A program made the position numbers and the translations under genes. This document shows positions 22,983-32,861 of a stretch of DNA of 64,000 bases, one piece after another. Positions within the stretch are counted from its first letter, which is position 1. Every line of letters begins with the position of its first letter. This stretch comes from an uncultured delta proteobacterium. GTDB taxonomy: Bacteria; Desulfobacterota; Binatia; UBA9968. The notes beneath the pieces were generated by a model. It did no database searches. It was not told the origin of the DNA and was given only the letters and a program-made list of their open reading frames with translations. Where the stretch lies: assembly GCA_963745035.1 (NCBI GenBank), contig CAVUVW010000004.1, positions 1 to 64,000 on the forward strand, written 5' to 3'.

Positions 22983-23318
22983 ATGCCGAAAACGCGCTAC
23001 TGGGTGATCTTCAACAATCAGTTCCGCCCGGTGCCCGTGGTCACAGAGCCGAACTGGCCGTCGGTCATTCAGCGCGCCATGGAGACCTCGACGCGCGCGG
23101 CGACGGCAACCGCGGTGCGGCATCTCTTCGCCATTGCCGAGATCTCGCGGCTCAAGCGCAAGGCCGAGGTTGAAGTTCGTATCGTGTCGATCCCCGGGGA
23201 TTGGTTCCCGCCGGTGCCGGGAACGTTCATCAAAGAAACGATGAACAATTTGGTGGACCTCGGCGAGAAGATGGGCGCCGACCCCGCGAGCTGGAGCACC
23301 GAGCCGCCGCAGTTTTAG
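22983..23318 (+). pseudogene. Probable C-terminal fragment of a patatin-like phospholipase
   Basis: YWVIFNNQ...IP.DW......F.KETM..L.DLG...WSTEPP resembles patatin C-termini; no GxSxG N-terminal half present. Confidence 0.45.
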
Positions 23319-23369
23319 CAGCCCGGGTTTAAGTCGATTCCGTAAATCGCGATCGTGAGGCGAACCGTG

Positions 23370-23592
23370 CGAGGAACCTTCAACATTCGCAGAGTCGGAC
23401 GCTCGCCGCGCACGTCGTTGAGTACCTCGACGAAGGGGCGGCCCCGAAGTCAGCTACCGGGTGCTGTTAGATGAGGACGACGACGAGCTCTACCGGGTCG
23501 CCTCGGACGACGGCAAGCCTCTGCGCTGGGACACCGATCCTCTGTCCACGCGCTGGCAGCGCTTCAAAGCCGGCTTCTGAGCATCTTGCCGA
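23370..23592 (+). pseudogene. Relic of ClsC/YmdC-like phospholipase D C-terminus (copy A)
   Basis: Manual translation across frameshifts: YRVLLDEDD.L.......LRWDTDPLSTRWQRFKAGF.SILP. Confidence 0.5.
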
Positions 23593-24014
23593 ACCTCGCA
23601 GGCCGTAACGAATATCTTCTTTGGATTACCAGCGATTGTACTGATGGCGGCGCGTTACGTCGGGTTCCATTCAGCCTGTAGTCGCCTGCTCCATACTACA
23701 CTACGATGCCACTGCACCTGGGGGTCGCATATCGCCGCGCAAGCAATGCGCAGCGGCTGCAAACTGGGCGCTTCGTCCTGGCAGCTAACTCCTCTAGAGC
23801 GCACATCGTGGCCGCATGGCGAACGTCGTCACCTGCCGTCTCTAAGGACTTCGGCAATCGAAATCCGGTTAATCCCGATGAACTTTTTATCGGTTAGGTA
23901 GATAGTAGAAGCCGAACCACAACAGTACTGCCTCCTGCTCGATGCACCGGATTTGCCTTCGTGGCGCTGGTTAAATTTGCGATCGAGGGAAAAATTTTCG
24001 CATAGGAGGAAATT

Positions 24015-25076
24015 ATGAACAGTTTGCTGGATTCGGTTAAGGATTACTTAACCCCGGACGTCATGAGGAAGATTGGCTCCGCCGCCGGAGAAACTCCCGA
24101 GAATACTAAAAGAGCCATGGATAATATCGTTCCCACTTTGCTTTTCGGAGCAGCAAAGGTGGCCGACTCGCCCGGCGGTGACAATCAGTTGATGAGTCTG
24201 ATCAACAAGCAGACAAGCGATGGCAACATCTTGAGCAACCTCGCCGGCCAACTCAGCGGCGAAAGCGCAGCGCAGGGTCTCATGAATTCCGGCCGTGATG
24301 CTGCTAAGGCGCTGTTCGGCGGCAAATTAAACTCTGTGATCGATACGCTTGCCAGGTCGCTGGGGCTCAAGAGCAGCTCGATCGCTTCTCTTCTGAGCAT
24401 TGCCGCTCCTATAGTCCTGGGCGTGCTCGGCAAGGAAAGAAGCGCGCGTGGGCTAGGAGCCAGCGGTCTTGCGAGTCTGTTAAGCGGAGAGCGAAATATC
24501 CTTTCGCAAATTCTTCCGGCCGGCTTGGGCAGCGTACTTGGCTGGGGCGATGGCGGACGGACGGAGGAGCGCATCGCGGACACAGTCGGTTACGATCCCG
24601 CGCGCGCTGCATACGGAACAGTTGCTAGAGAGAAGGGCACCGACTGGTGGTTATGGCCGGTGCTCGGATTGGCGGCTCTGGGATTCCTGCTCTACTCTTT
24701 CTGGCTGCGCCCGGCCATTGTGCCGGAAGAAACCGTTGCCAAGCCGGAAATCAGACAGGAAACGCCGGCGCGTGAAGAGAGAACGGCCGCTGTGGAGGTG
24801 CCTGCGGCCGTGCAAAGAGAGCCCGCACCGGTTCCGGAAGAACCGAGCGTGGCAAGACCAGATGCGTCAATTTCGCAAAGCCCGAGCAAGGGCGGGGTCG
24901 ATGTCCGGCGAGTCCAAGAGTCTCTGAAGAATCAAGGACAGAATCCGGGACCCATCGACGGCATTCTGGGATCCCGTACTCACCAGGCGATTAGACAGTT
25001 CCAAAAGGAGAATGGTCTGCAACAGACCGGCACCCTCGACGAGGCAACATTAGAAAAGCTCGGGTACAGTCGATAA
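24015..25076 (+). CDS. DUF937 domain membrane protein with C-terminal peptidoglycan-binding (PG_binding_1) domain
   Basis: DUF937-like helical N-terminus (LLSIAAPIVLGVLG), WWLWP TM segment, VRRVQESLK...PGPIDGILGSRT.QAIRQFQ...GL..TG.LD. Confidence 0.85.
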   Translation: MNSLLDSVKDYLTPDVMRKIGSAAGETPENTKRAMDNIVPTLLFGAAKVADSPGGDNQLMSLINKQTSDGNILSNLAGQLSGESAAQGLMNSGRDAAKALFGGKLNSVIDTLARSLGLKSSSIASLLSIAAPIVLGVLGKERSARGLGASGLASLLSGERNILSQILPAGLGSVLGWGDGGRTEERIADTVGYDPARAAYGTVAREKGTDWWLWPVLGLAALGFLLYSFWLRPAIVPEETVAKPEIRQETPAREERTAAVEVPAAVQREPAPVPEEPSVARPDASISQSPSKGGVDVRRVQESLKNQGQNPGPIDGILGSRTHQAIRQFQKENGLQQTGTLDEATLEKLGYSR

Positions 25077-25238
25077 AGCGCACTCATGCAGCTGGTATCG
25101 ATGATAGCTATGGCAAACGGGTGCGGCGAGAATACGCCGTAACCCCCGACTACACGGTCCAGGGAAACGTTGGTGCGTCCCATAATACGGCCGGACCTAT
25201 AAAAATAAGAAATCAAGCAAACCGGAAGAGGTAAGCGT

Positions 25239-25730
25239 ATGTCGAAAGAAAATGATTACAGTCCGGAAGAATGGAAGGTTATATCTGCGGCGCCCATGAT
25301 GGCAGGCTTGCTGGTGTCGATGTCGGATGTGAGCGGTCCTATCGGACTCGCCAAAGAGGCGATAGTGCTCGTCAAGGTGGTAAATGAGCGTACCCAGGAG
25401 ACTGGCAATGAGTTGATCAACAGCATCAGCGAAGAAATCAAAGCTCAACGCGGTAGAACGGATTTGTCAGAACTACGGAGTGATCCGGCGAGCGTCCGCA
25501 CCTTATTGATTGACCGCTGTAAGCAAGCCGTTGCTCTTGTCGGACAGAAGTCGCCCGCCGAAGCGGACGACTATAAGAAGTGGTTGGTGTCGTTGGCGAA
25601 AGAGACGGCTTCGGCTTCCAAGGAAGGCGGGTTTCTCGGTTTTGGCGGCACCGTAGTCAGTGGAGCAGAAACCTCTGCGGTGCATGACTTGGCCTTGGCT
25701 CTGGGGGTGAAAGACCCTTTATCCAGTTAG
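25239..25730 (+). CDS. Conserved hypothetical protein
   Basis: 163-aa ORF with RBS; C-terminal ASKEGGFLGFGG..VS..E motif. Confidence 0.75.
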   Translation: MSKENDYSPEEWKVISAAPMMAGLLVSMSDVSGPIGLAKEAIVLVKVVNERTQETGNELINSISEEIKAQRGRTDLSELRSDPASVRTLLIDRCKQAVALVGQKSPAEADDYKKWLVSLAKETASASKEGGFLGFGGTVVSGAETSAVHDLALALGVKDPLSS

Positions 25731-25949
25731 TGGCGATCCGGATTTGCCCTAAATCTCGGCGGCTTCTTCAAGGCGAATTGACCACGGCGCTTTATCCGCA
25801 TCCCTTGAGGCACGACTTGGCCACGCTCAAGGCCAAGCGACTATCCTCCGCAACTTCATGGACGCCGGGACCGGGTCGTGTACGACCGCCCGTCGGCGAT
25901 TAACCATTCCAAGGCGCGCGTCTATGGCGCGCGCTGGGAAAGCGGCTCG

Positions 25950-26235
25950 AGTCGTTGGACAAGGAGATACTGATCGAATCGGCCTACTTCATCCTCTTGG
26001 CGCGCGGCGTCGACGTGGTCAAAGGCTGGACGCTCGCGGCATCCGGGTCCATGTCGCCACCAACTCGCTCGCTGCAACGATGTCCCGCTTGCCTTTGCCG
26101 GCTACTCGATATGCCGCAAAGAGCTGATTCGAGCGGGCGTGATCCAGGAGGTGCGCTGGGGACACACCGATCCGTGTCCAAGCGCTGGCAGCGCTTCAAG
26201 GCCGGTTTCTGAGCATCTTGCCGATCATCGAGCCG
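25950..26235 (+). pseudogene. Relic of ClsC/YmdC-like phospholipase D (copy B, internally deleted)
   Basis: KEILIESAYFIL and RGIRVHVATNSLAA, then the same TDP.S.RWQRFKAGF.SILP C-terminus as copy A. Confidence 0.55.
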
Positions 26236-26261
26236 CTGTAAGAATAAAGTAAGTAAGACTG

Positions 26262-26306
26262 AAAACTAGGAATAGAAAAGTACAAGAGTAACAAAGTAAA
26301 AGAGTA
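26262..26306. repeat. A-rich degenerate 8-mer (AAAAGAGT-type) tandem repeat
   Basis: Shares GTACAAGAGTAA and AAAGTAAAAGAGTA with 27937-27990. Confidence 0.5.
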
Positions 26307-26359
26307 TGAGCGATGTACGGATAGCAATGACGCGAGCTTAATAAAAAAAGGAGGACACA

Positions 26360-26779
26360 ATGGGTATCTTCGACAATATTATGTCTGCAATCTTTGGTTC
26401 CGCGAAAAAGGAAGCCTCACCCGGGGTATCGGCCGGGGCGTCACCGGCGGCGACGGCGGCGCCAGGCGCAACGACGACGGGTGCCACGGCCGCAACTCCG
26501 GCTACCCCTCCACCGCTCTCGCAGGTCGACGTGGAAGCCGTGCTGACCAATCTCGTCGCACAGCAAAAGCAGAAGCTCGATTGGCGAAAGTCAATCGTCG
26601 ATCTGATGAAGCTGCTCGATCTCGACAGCAGTCTCGCCGCGCGCAAGGAGCTGGCGAAGGAGCTGAACTATAGCGGCGACACGAACGATTCCGCGTCCAT
26701 GAACATCTGGCTCCACAAGCAGGTCATGACCAAGCTGGCGGCGAATGGCGGTAAGGTGCCTGACGACCTCCGGAACTAG
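26360..26779 (+). CDS. DUF3597 domain protein
   Basis: LDWRKSIVDLMKLLDLDSSLAARKELAKEL.YSGD..DSASMNIWLHKQVM.KLAANGGKVP. Confidence 0.9.
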   Translation: MGIFDNIMSAIFGSAKKEASPGVSAGASPAATAAPGATTTGATAATPATPPPLSQVDVEAVLTNLVAQQKQKLDWRKSIVDLMKLLDLDSSLAARKELAKELNYSGDTNDSASMNIWLHKQVMTKLAANGGKVPDDLRN

Positions 26780-27015
26780 CAGTCTGTCGCCAGGATGAGT
26801 GAGGCGCTCGCCGCCGCGGCGGACTATCGACCGCCGCGGTAAGCGGGATGCGCGACTGGAAGTCGGTGTTCGATCATGCGGCTCCAGCGGGGTGCGAAAG
26901 TGCGCGATGAACGAATGGCTGTCCATTGCGATGATCGTTCTCATTGGCCGGCTTGCGCTGATCATCAAGCACAAACGATTCCTGATTATCCGACATCGAG
27001 GAAGGGGACTTACCG

Positions 27016-27936
27016 ATGGCATCAAGTGAAAGAGAAAATACGGGAGCAGTCAAAATTGGTCGAGCGTTGCGCATGACTTCGCGGGATTGGAAACAAAATC
27101 GTCGCGCAAGCTCAATCGCCGCAGCGGTCTTGACGTGGGCATTTTTTTCGCTGGCGCTCCCGGCGGGAGCGCAGTCTGCTTCCGCTGATCCCGCGCAGCC
27201 GGCGGGTTCTGAAGAAGATCTCGCCAAGCAGCTTTCCAATCCGATCGCCAGCCTGATCAGCGTGCCGCTGCAGTTCAACTATGACCGCGGCATCGGGCCG
27301 GGTCATGACGGCGACAAGTATTTCGTCAACGTCCAGCCGGTGATTCCGTTTTCGCTCTCCCAAGATTGGAATCTGATCTCGCGCACCATTGTGCCGATCA
27401 TCAATCAGAATCACATCTTCCCGGGCGCCGGCAGCCAGACAGGTCTGGGAGATATTCTTCAGAGTTTGTTTTTTTCGCCGGCAAAACCGGTGGGCGGCGT
27501 GATTCTAGGCGTAGGGCCGGCGTTTTTGCTGCCGACCGGAACGGACCGTCTCCTGAGCGCGCGCAAGTTCGGTCTCGGCCCGACCGGAGTCGGGCTCATG
27601 CAGGAAGGTCCATGGACCTTCGGTATGCTCTTCAATCATATCTGGTCGGTCGCCGGGCAGGAGAGCCGTCCGCACGTGAGCAACACATTTCTCCAGCCTT
27701 TCCTGGCATACACTACGAAGGACGCCTGGACGTTTACGCTAAACACTGAGACTACCTACGACTGGCGATCGGAAGATTGGTCGGTGCCGCTCAATTTTCT
27801 CTTGGCGAAGCTGACGAAGATCGGCGGCCAGCCAGTTCAATTCCAAGCTGGCCCGCGTTACTGGGCAGAGAGCCCGCGCAGCGGCCCGCACGGTTGGGGC
27901 GTGCGATTCAACGTCATTTTGCTGTTTCCCAAATGA
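27016..27936 (+). CDS. Outer-membrane beta-barrel protein (sulfatase-cluster associated); start may be ATG 27073
   Basis: Signal peptide, LAKQLSNPIASLISVP, QPVIPF, GLGDI, terminal LLFPK. Confidence 0.8.
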   Translation: MASSERENTGAVKIGRALRMTSRDWKQNRRASSIAAAVLTWAFFSLALPAGAQSASADPAQPAGSEEDLAKQLSNPIASLISVPLQFNYDRGIGPGHDGDKYFVNVQPVIPFSLSQDWNLISRTIVPIINQNHIFPGAGSQTGLGDILQSLFFSPAKPVGGVILGVGPAFLLPTGTDRLLSARKFGLGPTGVGLMQEGPWTFGMLFNHIWSVAGQESRPHVSNTFLQPFLAYTTKDAWTFTLNTETTYDWRSEDWSVPLNFLLAKLTKIGGQPVQFQAGPRYWAESPRSGPHGWGVRFNVILLFPK

Positions 27937-28042
27937 AAAAACTAAAAGGGTACAAGAGTAAGGAGTGCAAAAGTAAAAGAGTAAAAGACCCGGCACGTTC
28001 TTTTACTCTTCTACTCTTTTACCTTTTTACTCTTTAGTTTTG
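27937..28042. repeat. Inverted pair of 8-mer tandem arrays (AAAAGAGT)n / (ACTCTTTT)n forming a long imperfect hairpin
   Basis: AAAAGTAAAAGAGTAAAAGA-cccggcacgt-TCTTTTACTCTTCTACTCTTTT. Confidence 0.7.
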
Positions 28043-28212
28043 CCTCTTTCTCCGATCTTGCCTCAGGGATTTGGCTGTCCAAATAAGGGATTGCCCGATC
28101 CTGGAGCGATCGCCTCTCGGATAAAAAAATATATCGGCAGTTCGATCGGGAGTGAGCACCGGGGCCCGAAACCGGCAGCACAAGTTCTTCGGCGTGGACA
28201 AAATTACCTGAG

Positions 28213-29274
28213 GTGGAGGCGACGAAAATGATGGCGGTATGGCGAGGCTCAAGCGACAAACGCCGAAACTACCAACGCATAGGGAATTTTGCGGCGCGGC
28301 TGCCGTTTTTACTCGGCGCTATTTTTTTGCTGCCGCAGTTTGCCTTTGGGCAGGCAGATGCCCTGCCGTCTTGGAACGACGGCAAGGCAAAGCAGGCCAT
28401 CGTCGCTTTCGTGGACAAGGTCACCAGACAGGGCTCGCCTGATTTCGTGCCGCCGCCCGAGCGCATCGCCACTTTCGACAACGACGGCACGTTGTGGTCA
28501 GAGCAGCCGATGTACGTGCAGCTGGCTTTTGTGCTTGACCGGGTGAGGGAGCTTGCCGCGAAAAATCCCGAGTGGAAAAACAAACAGCCCTTCAAGGCCG
28601 TGCTCGAGAAGGATTTCAAGGCCCTAGCGTCGCAGGGCGAAAAGGGCGCGGCGCAGCTCATCGCCGCCACGCATGCCGGCATGTCGTCCGAAGAATTCAA
28701 TCGCATCGCCGGCGATTGGATCGCGAGCGCGCGCCATCCGAAATCCAAGCGGCCATACACCGAAATGGTCTATCAGCCGATGCTCGAAGTGCTCGCTTAT
28801 CTGCGCGCCAATGGCTTCAAGACTTTTATCGTTTCGGGCGGCGGCGTGGATTTCATGCGCTCATGGACGGAAAAAGTTTACGGCATCCCGCCCGAACAGG
28901 TGGTCGGCAGCACGGGCAAGCTCAGGTACGAGATGCGCAACGGCAAGCCGGTGCTGATGAAACTCGCCGAAATCGACCATGTCGACGACGGGCCGGGAAA
29001 ACCGGTGGGCATCCAGAAATTTATCGGCCGCCGGCCGCTCGCGGCGTTCGGCAACTCCGATGGCGATCAGCAGATGCTGCAATACACCGCGGCCGGCAAC
29101 GGCGCGCGCTTCATGATGATCGTGCACCATACCGACGCCGCGCGCGAATGGGCTTACGACCGCAAGTCTCACATCGGCAAGCTTGATAAGGCGCTCGACG
29201 AGGCGAACGCGAAGGGCTGGATCGTCGCGGACATGAAAAGAGATTGGAAGCGCGTGTTCGCGTTCGATCCATAA
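28213..29274 (+). CDS. Secreted HAD-superfamily hydrolase (NapD-like acid phosphatase)
   Basis: LPSWNDG, IATFDNDGTLW (DxD motif), IVSGGG, AFGNSDGD. Confidence 0.9.
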   Translation: MEATKMMAVWRGSSDKRRNYQRIGNFAARLPFLLGAIFLLPQFAFGQADALPSWNDGKAKQAIVAFVDKVTRQGSPDFVPPPERIATFDNDGTLWSEQPMYVQLAFVLDRVRELAAKNPEWKNKQPFKAVLEKDFKALASQGEKGAAQLIAATHAGMSSEEFNRIAGDWIASARHPKSKRPYTEMVYQPMLEVLAYLRANGFKTFIVSGGGVDFMRSWTEKVYGIPPEQVVGSTGKLRYEMRNGKPVLMKLAEIDHVDDGPGKPVGIQKFIGRRPLAAFGNSDGDQQMLQYTAAGNGARFMMIVHHTDAAREWAYDRKSHIGKLDKALDEANAKGWIVADMKRDWKRVFAFDP

Positions 29275-29340
29275 CGGTGACGATTCATTAGGTTTCTAAT
29301 TCAACGATCCACGAAAAATAAGATTCCAAAGGAGGACGAG

Positions 29341-30858
29341 ATGGCGCAGCAAGAACAGAAGAAACCGAACATCCTGTTCATCATGGCCGATGACATCGGC
29401 TGGTTTAATGTCAGTTGTTACAATCATGGCATCATGGGCTACCGCACGCCGAACATCGACCGCATCGCCAGGGAAGGTGCCATGTTCACCGACTTCTATG
29501 GTCAGCAGAGCTGCACCGCGGGCCGCGCCGCCTTCATCACCGGGCAATCGCCGATCCGCACCGGCCTCACCAAGGTTGGTATGCCGGGCGCGACGCTTGG
29601 GCTGTCGGCGGAGGACCCGTCTGTCGCGCAGTTCATGAAAAACTTCGGTTACGCCACCGGCCAGTTCGGCAAGAACCATCTCGGCGACCGCAACGAGCAC
29701 CTGCCCACAGTGCATGGATTCGATGAGTTCTTCGGCAACCTTTACCATCTTAACGCCGAAGAAGAGCCCGAATACACCGATTATCCAAAGGATCCGAATT
29801 TCCTGAAGAAGTTCGGTCCGCGTGGCGTGCTCAAGTGCAAGGCCACCGACAAGGACGATGCGACTATCGACCCGGTATTTGGCAAGGTCGGCAAGCAGAC
29901 GATCGAGAACACCGGCCCGCTGACGCGGAAGCGGATGGAAACGGTGGATGAGGAATTTATAGCTGCCGCGCTCGATTTCATGGATCGCAAGACGAAGGAA
30001 GGGCAGCCGTGGCTGTGCTATTTCAACCCGACGCGGATGCACGTCTTCACGCATTTGAAGCCGTCATCCGTGGGCAAGACCGGGCATGGCCTCTATCCGG
30101 ATGGCATGGTCGAGCTCGATGGTTTCGTCGGCCAGCTTCTCAAGAAGCTCGATGACCTCGGCGTCGCTGACAACACAATCGTCGTCTTCACTACCGACAA
30201 CGGCGCCGAAGTGCTGTCGTGGCCGGACGGCGGCGCGACGCCGTTTCGCGGCGAAAAAGACACCAACTGGGAGGGCGGCTGGCGCGTCCCGTGCGTCATG
30301 CGCTGGGCCGGCGTCATCGAGCCTGGCCGCGTCATCAACGACATCTGTTCGTTACAGGATTTCATTCCGACATTCGCTGCAGCGGCAGGCGACCCTGACC
30401 TCGTCGAAAAAGTGAAGAAGGGTTACGCGATCGACGGCAAGACCTTCAAGGTCCACCTCGACGGCGTCAACCTTTTGCCGTTCCTTTCAGGCAAGGAGAA
30501 GGAGTCGCCGCGTAACGGTTTCCTTTACTGGAGCGACGACGGCGACCTGATGGCGCTGCGCGTCAACCAATACAAAATCGTGTTCGCCGAACAGCGGAGC
30601 AAGGGACTCGACGTCTGGCGCGAGCCACTGTCGCAGCTGCGCATCCCCAAGATGTTCGATCTGCGCTCCGATCCATTCGAGCGCGGCGAGGAAAGCTTCA
30701 AGTACAACGACTGGTTCGTTGAGCACGTCCCGTTCCAGTACGCTGCGCAAGCGATCGTCCACGAGTGGCTTGAGAGCTTCAAGGAATTTCCGCTGCGTCA
30801 GAAGGCTGCAAGCTTCACCGTTGACAAGATCGTCGAGAAGCTGATGCCGAGGGACTGA
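29341..30858 (+). CDS. Arylsulfatase (Cys-type formylglycine sulfatase)
   Basis: KPNILFIMADDIG, SCTAGRAAFITG, GYATGQFGKNHLG, TTDNG, WEGGWRVP. Confidence 0.95.
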   Translation: MAQQEQKKPNILFIMADDIGWFNVSCYNHGIMGYRTPNIDRIAREGAMFTDFYGQQSCTAGRAAFITGQSPIRTGLTKVGMPGATLGLSAEDPSVAQFMKNFGYATGQFGKNHLGDRNEHLPTVHGFDEFFGNLYHLNAEEEPEYTDYPKDPNFLKKFGPRGVLKCKATDKDDATIDPVFGKVGKQTIENTGPLTRKRMETVDEEFIAAALDFMDRKTKEGQPWLCYFNPTRMHVFTHLKPSSVGKTGHGLYPDGMVELDGFVGQLLKKLDDLGVADNTIVVFTTDNGAEVLSWPDGGATPFRGEKDTNWEGGWRVPCVMRWAGVIEPGRVINDICSLQDFIPTFAAAAGDPDLVEKVKKGYAIDGKTFKVHLDGVNLLPFLSGKEKESPRNGFLYWSDDGDLMALRVNQYKIVFAEQRSKGLDVWREPLSQLRIPKMFDLRSDPFERGEESFKYNDWFVEHVPFQYAAQAIVHEWLESFKEFPLRQKAASFTVDKIVEKLMPRD

Positions 30859-30969
30859 GGAGTTTACGCGGCGCCAAAAATCGGCGAGCTTCAACGTCGA
30901 CGGCATCTGTCGCGCGAGGTCAGTATTGCTGAAAGACGTCCCCTAACTTCTTTTTGGTGACGAAAAGAT

Positions 30970-31326
30970 ATGATCGATCCCCTGCTTCGGATTCCAAAAA
31001 TCCTCGGCAAAGCCAGTTCGGCCGCAATGATTCTAGGGATGACATTGAGTTGCTCCACAACTAAAGCCGAAACGGAGCAGAGATGGCTGAGCTTTCGCTG
31101 TCCGGATGGCCGAGCCGTGATAGCGCGATTCGAGCCGCAAGACGACTTTGTGAATATGCGGTTCGATGGCCACGACTTGCGGCTGCCACATGTGATCTCC
31201 GGCTCCGGCGCGCGATACAGCGTCGGCAAAACAACTTTCTGGAACAAAGGCAGGAGCGCGCTGGTAGAAGTAGACGAGAAAGTCGTCGTGCAAGACTGCG
31301 TGCTTGAAGGGGAGCCGCGGGGTTAG
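30970..31326 (+). CDS. MliC/PliC family lysozyme inhibitor lipoprotein
   Basis: Lipobox-like LSC, FRC, ISGSGARYS, FWNKG, terminal Cys. Confidence 0.85.
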   Translation: MIDPLLRIPKILGKASSAAMILGMTLSCSTTKAETEQRWLSFRCPDGRAVIARFEPQDDFVNMRFDGHDLRLPHVISGSGARYSVGKTTFWNKGRSALVEVDEKVVVQDCVLEGEPRG

Positions 31327-31456
31327 TCTTTCGATGGTTGGACCTGCTGAGATTTGCGCCTTGCTCTTTGTGACGCTCGGGTGGCTCAAGAGCCTCGGAT
31401 CCTTCGCCTAGCGTATGTGTGACACGACGAGATGTTCAGGAGGAAGGAATAACAAA

Positions 31457-32834
31457 ATGAGCGCAAAAAGTACTTCCAAAACTAACCAAACGTTTAGCCC
31501 GACTGACCTGGGCGAACGTGCGATCCATCGTCGCGCCGTCGAAGCCGTTATCTGGGGCATACCCGCGGTGAATTACGATCTCATGTTCCAGTCGATGGTC
31601 CGCGACGCCAAGGGTGCCGTGAACCAGATCCTCTATTGGTCCGGGTTAGCGGATTGGAAGAATCAGTATCTGACGCCGAATCCAGACACTATCTACCTCA
31701 TGCCTTTCTTCAGCACGAAGGACGTTGGTCCAATCGTGCTGGAGATCCCTCCGGCGGACGATGGCTCGATCACCGGAACAATCATGGATTGCTGGCAGAT
31801 GGCTTTGGAGGATGTTGGACCGGCCGGCATCGATAAGGGCAAGGGTGGCAAATATTTGATCACTCCGCCCAATTACAAAGACAAGGCTGCGGATGGTTAC
31901 ATTCATCTGCCGTCAGTAACCTATCAGGGTTACGCCTTGCTCCGGTCGATCCTGAAGAGTCGCGACGACGCGGATATTGCGAAGGCTGTCGAGTACGGCA
32001 AACGGATCAAACTCTATCCGCTTTCTGCGGCAGCCAAACCACCTGAAACGACGTTCGTCGATGCGATAAATGTGGTGGTTGATGGAGTGATTCCCTATGA
32101 TGTTCGCTTCTTCCAGTCACTCGATCGAATGGTCCAATACGAACCGTGGTTGGAGCGCGATCGGGCGATGATCGATCCACTAAAAACTCTCGGCATTGAA
32201 AAAGGCAAAGCATTCAAGCCGGACAGCAAAACCACAGACATTCTGAAAGCTGCTGCGCAAGAAGCGCTGGCTCTGTTCGATCTGCGGTACGAGAACACCT
32301 ACGAGCCACACAACAAAGGCATGCGCTGGTTCCTTCCGGCTGACCAGAGACTCATCAAATCCATGGAGACAGGTTATGGGGACCCGACATGCTATCCGAC
32401 CGACGGGCGCGGGGCGCGTCTTCTACTTCGCCTTCAGTAGCATCAAGCACATGGGTGCGGGTCAGTTCTACCTATTCGTCAGTCGCGACAAGGATGGTAA
32501 GCCGCTTGACGGAGCCGCCACTTATCGACTGCATGTACCGCCAAACCCGCCCGTGAAGCAATACTGGTCGGCGGTGCTTTACGATTTCGCCACGCACGCG
32601 CTCATCCGCAACATGCCGCACGCGAGCCGTTCGTCGCAGTCGCCTGGCCTTCAGACCAATAGAGACGGATCGGTGGACGTTTACTTCGCTCCAAAAGCAC
32701 CCGCCGGAAAGGAATCGAATTGGGTACCGACTGATCCGAAGGGAAGATTCGAAGCGCTCTTCCGCTTCTACGGACCGGAAAAACCGCTGTTCGAGAAGAC
32801 GTGGGTGCTTCCGGATATCGAAAAGATTAGCTGA
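31457..32834 (+). CDS. DUF1254/DUF1214 domain protein, frameshifted near 32410
   Basis: RRAVEAVIWGIPAV, LTPNPDTIY, DVGPAG.DKGKGGKYL; ORF 32376..32834 gives YWSAVLYD, DGSVDVYFAP, RFYGP. Confidence 0.85.
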
Positions 32835-32861
32835 GAACAACCACAGGACGGAGAAACGATC

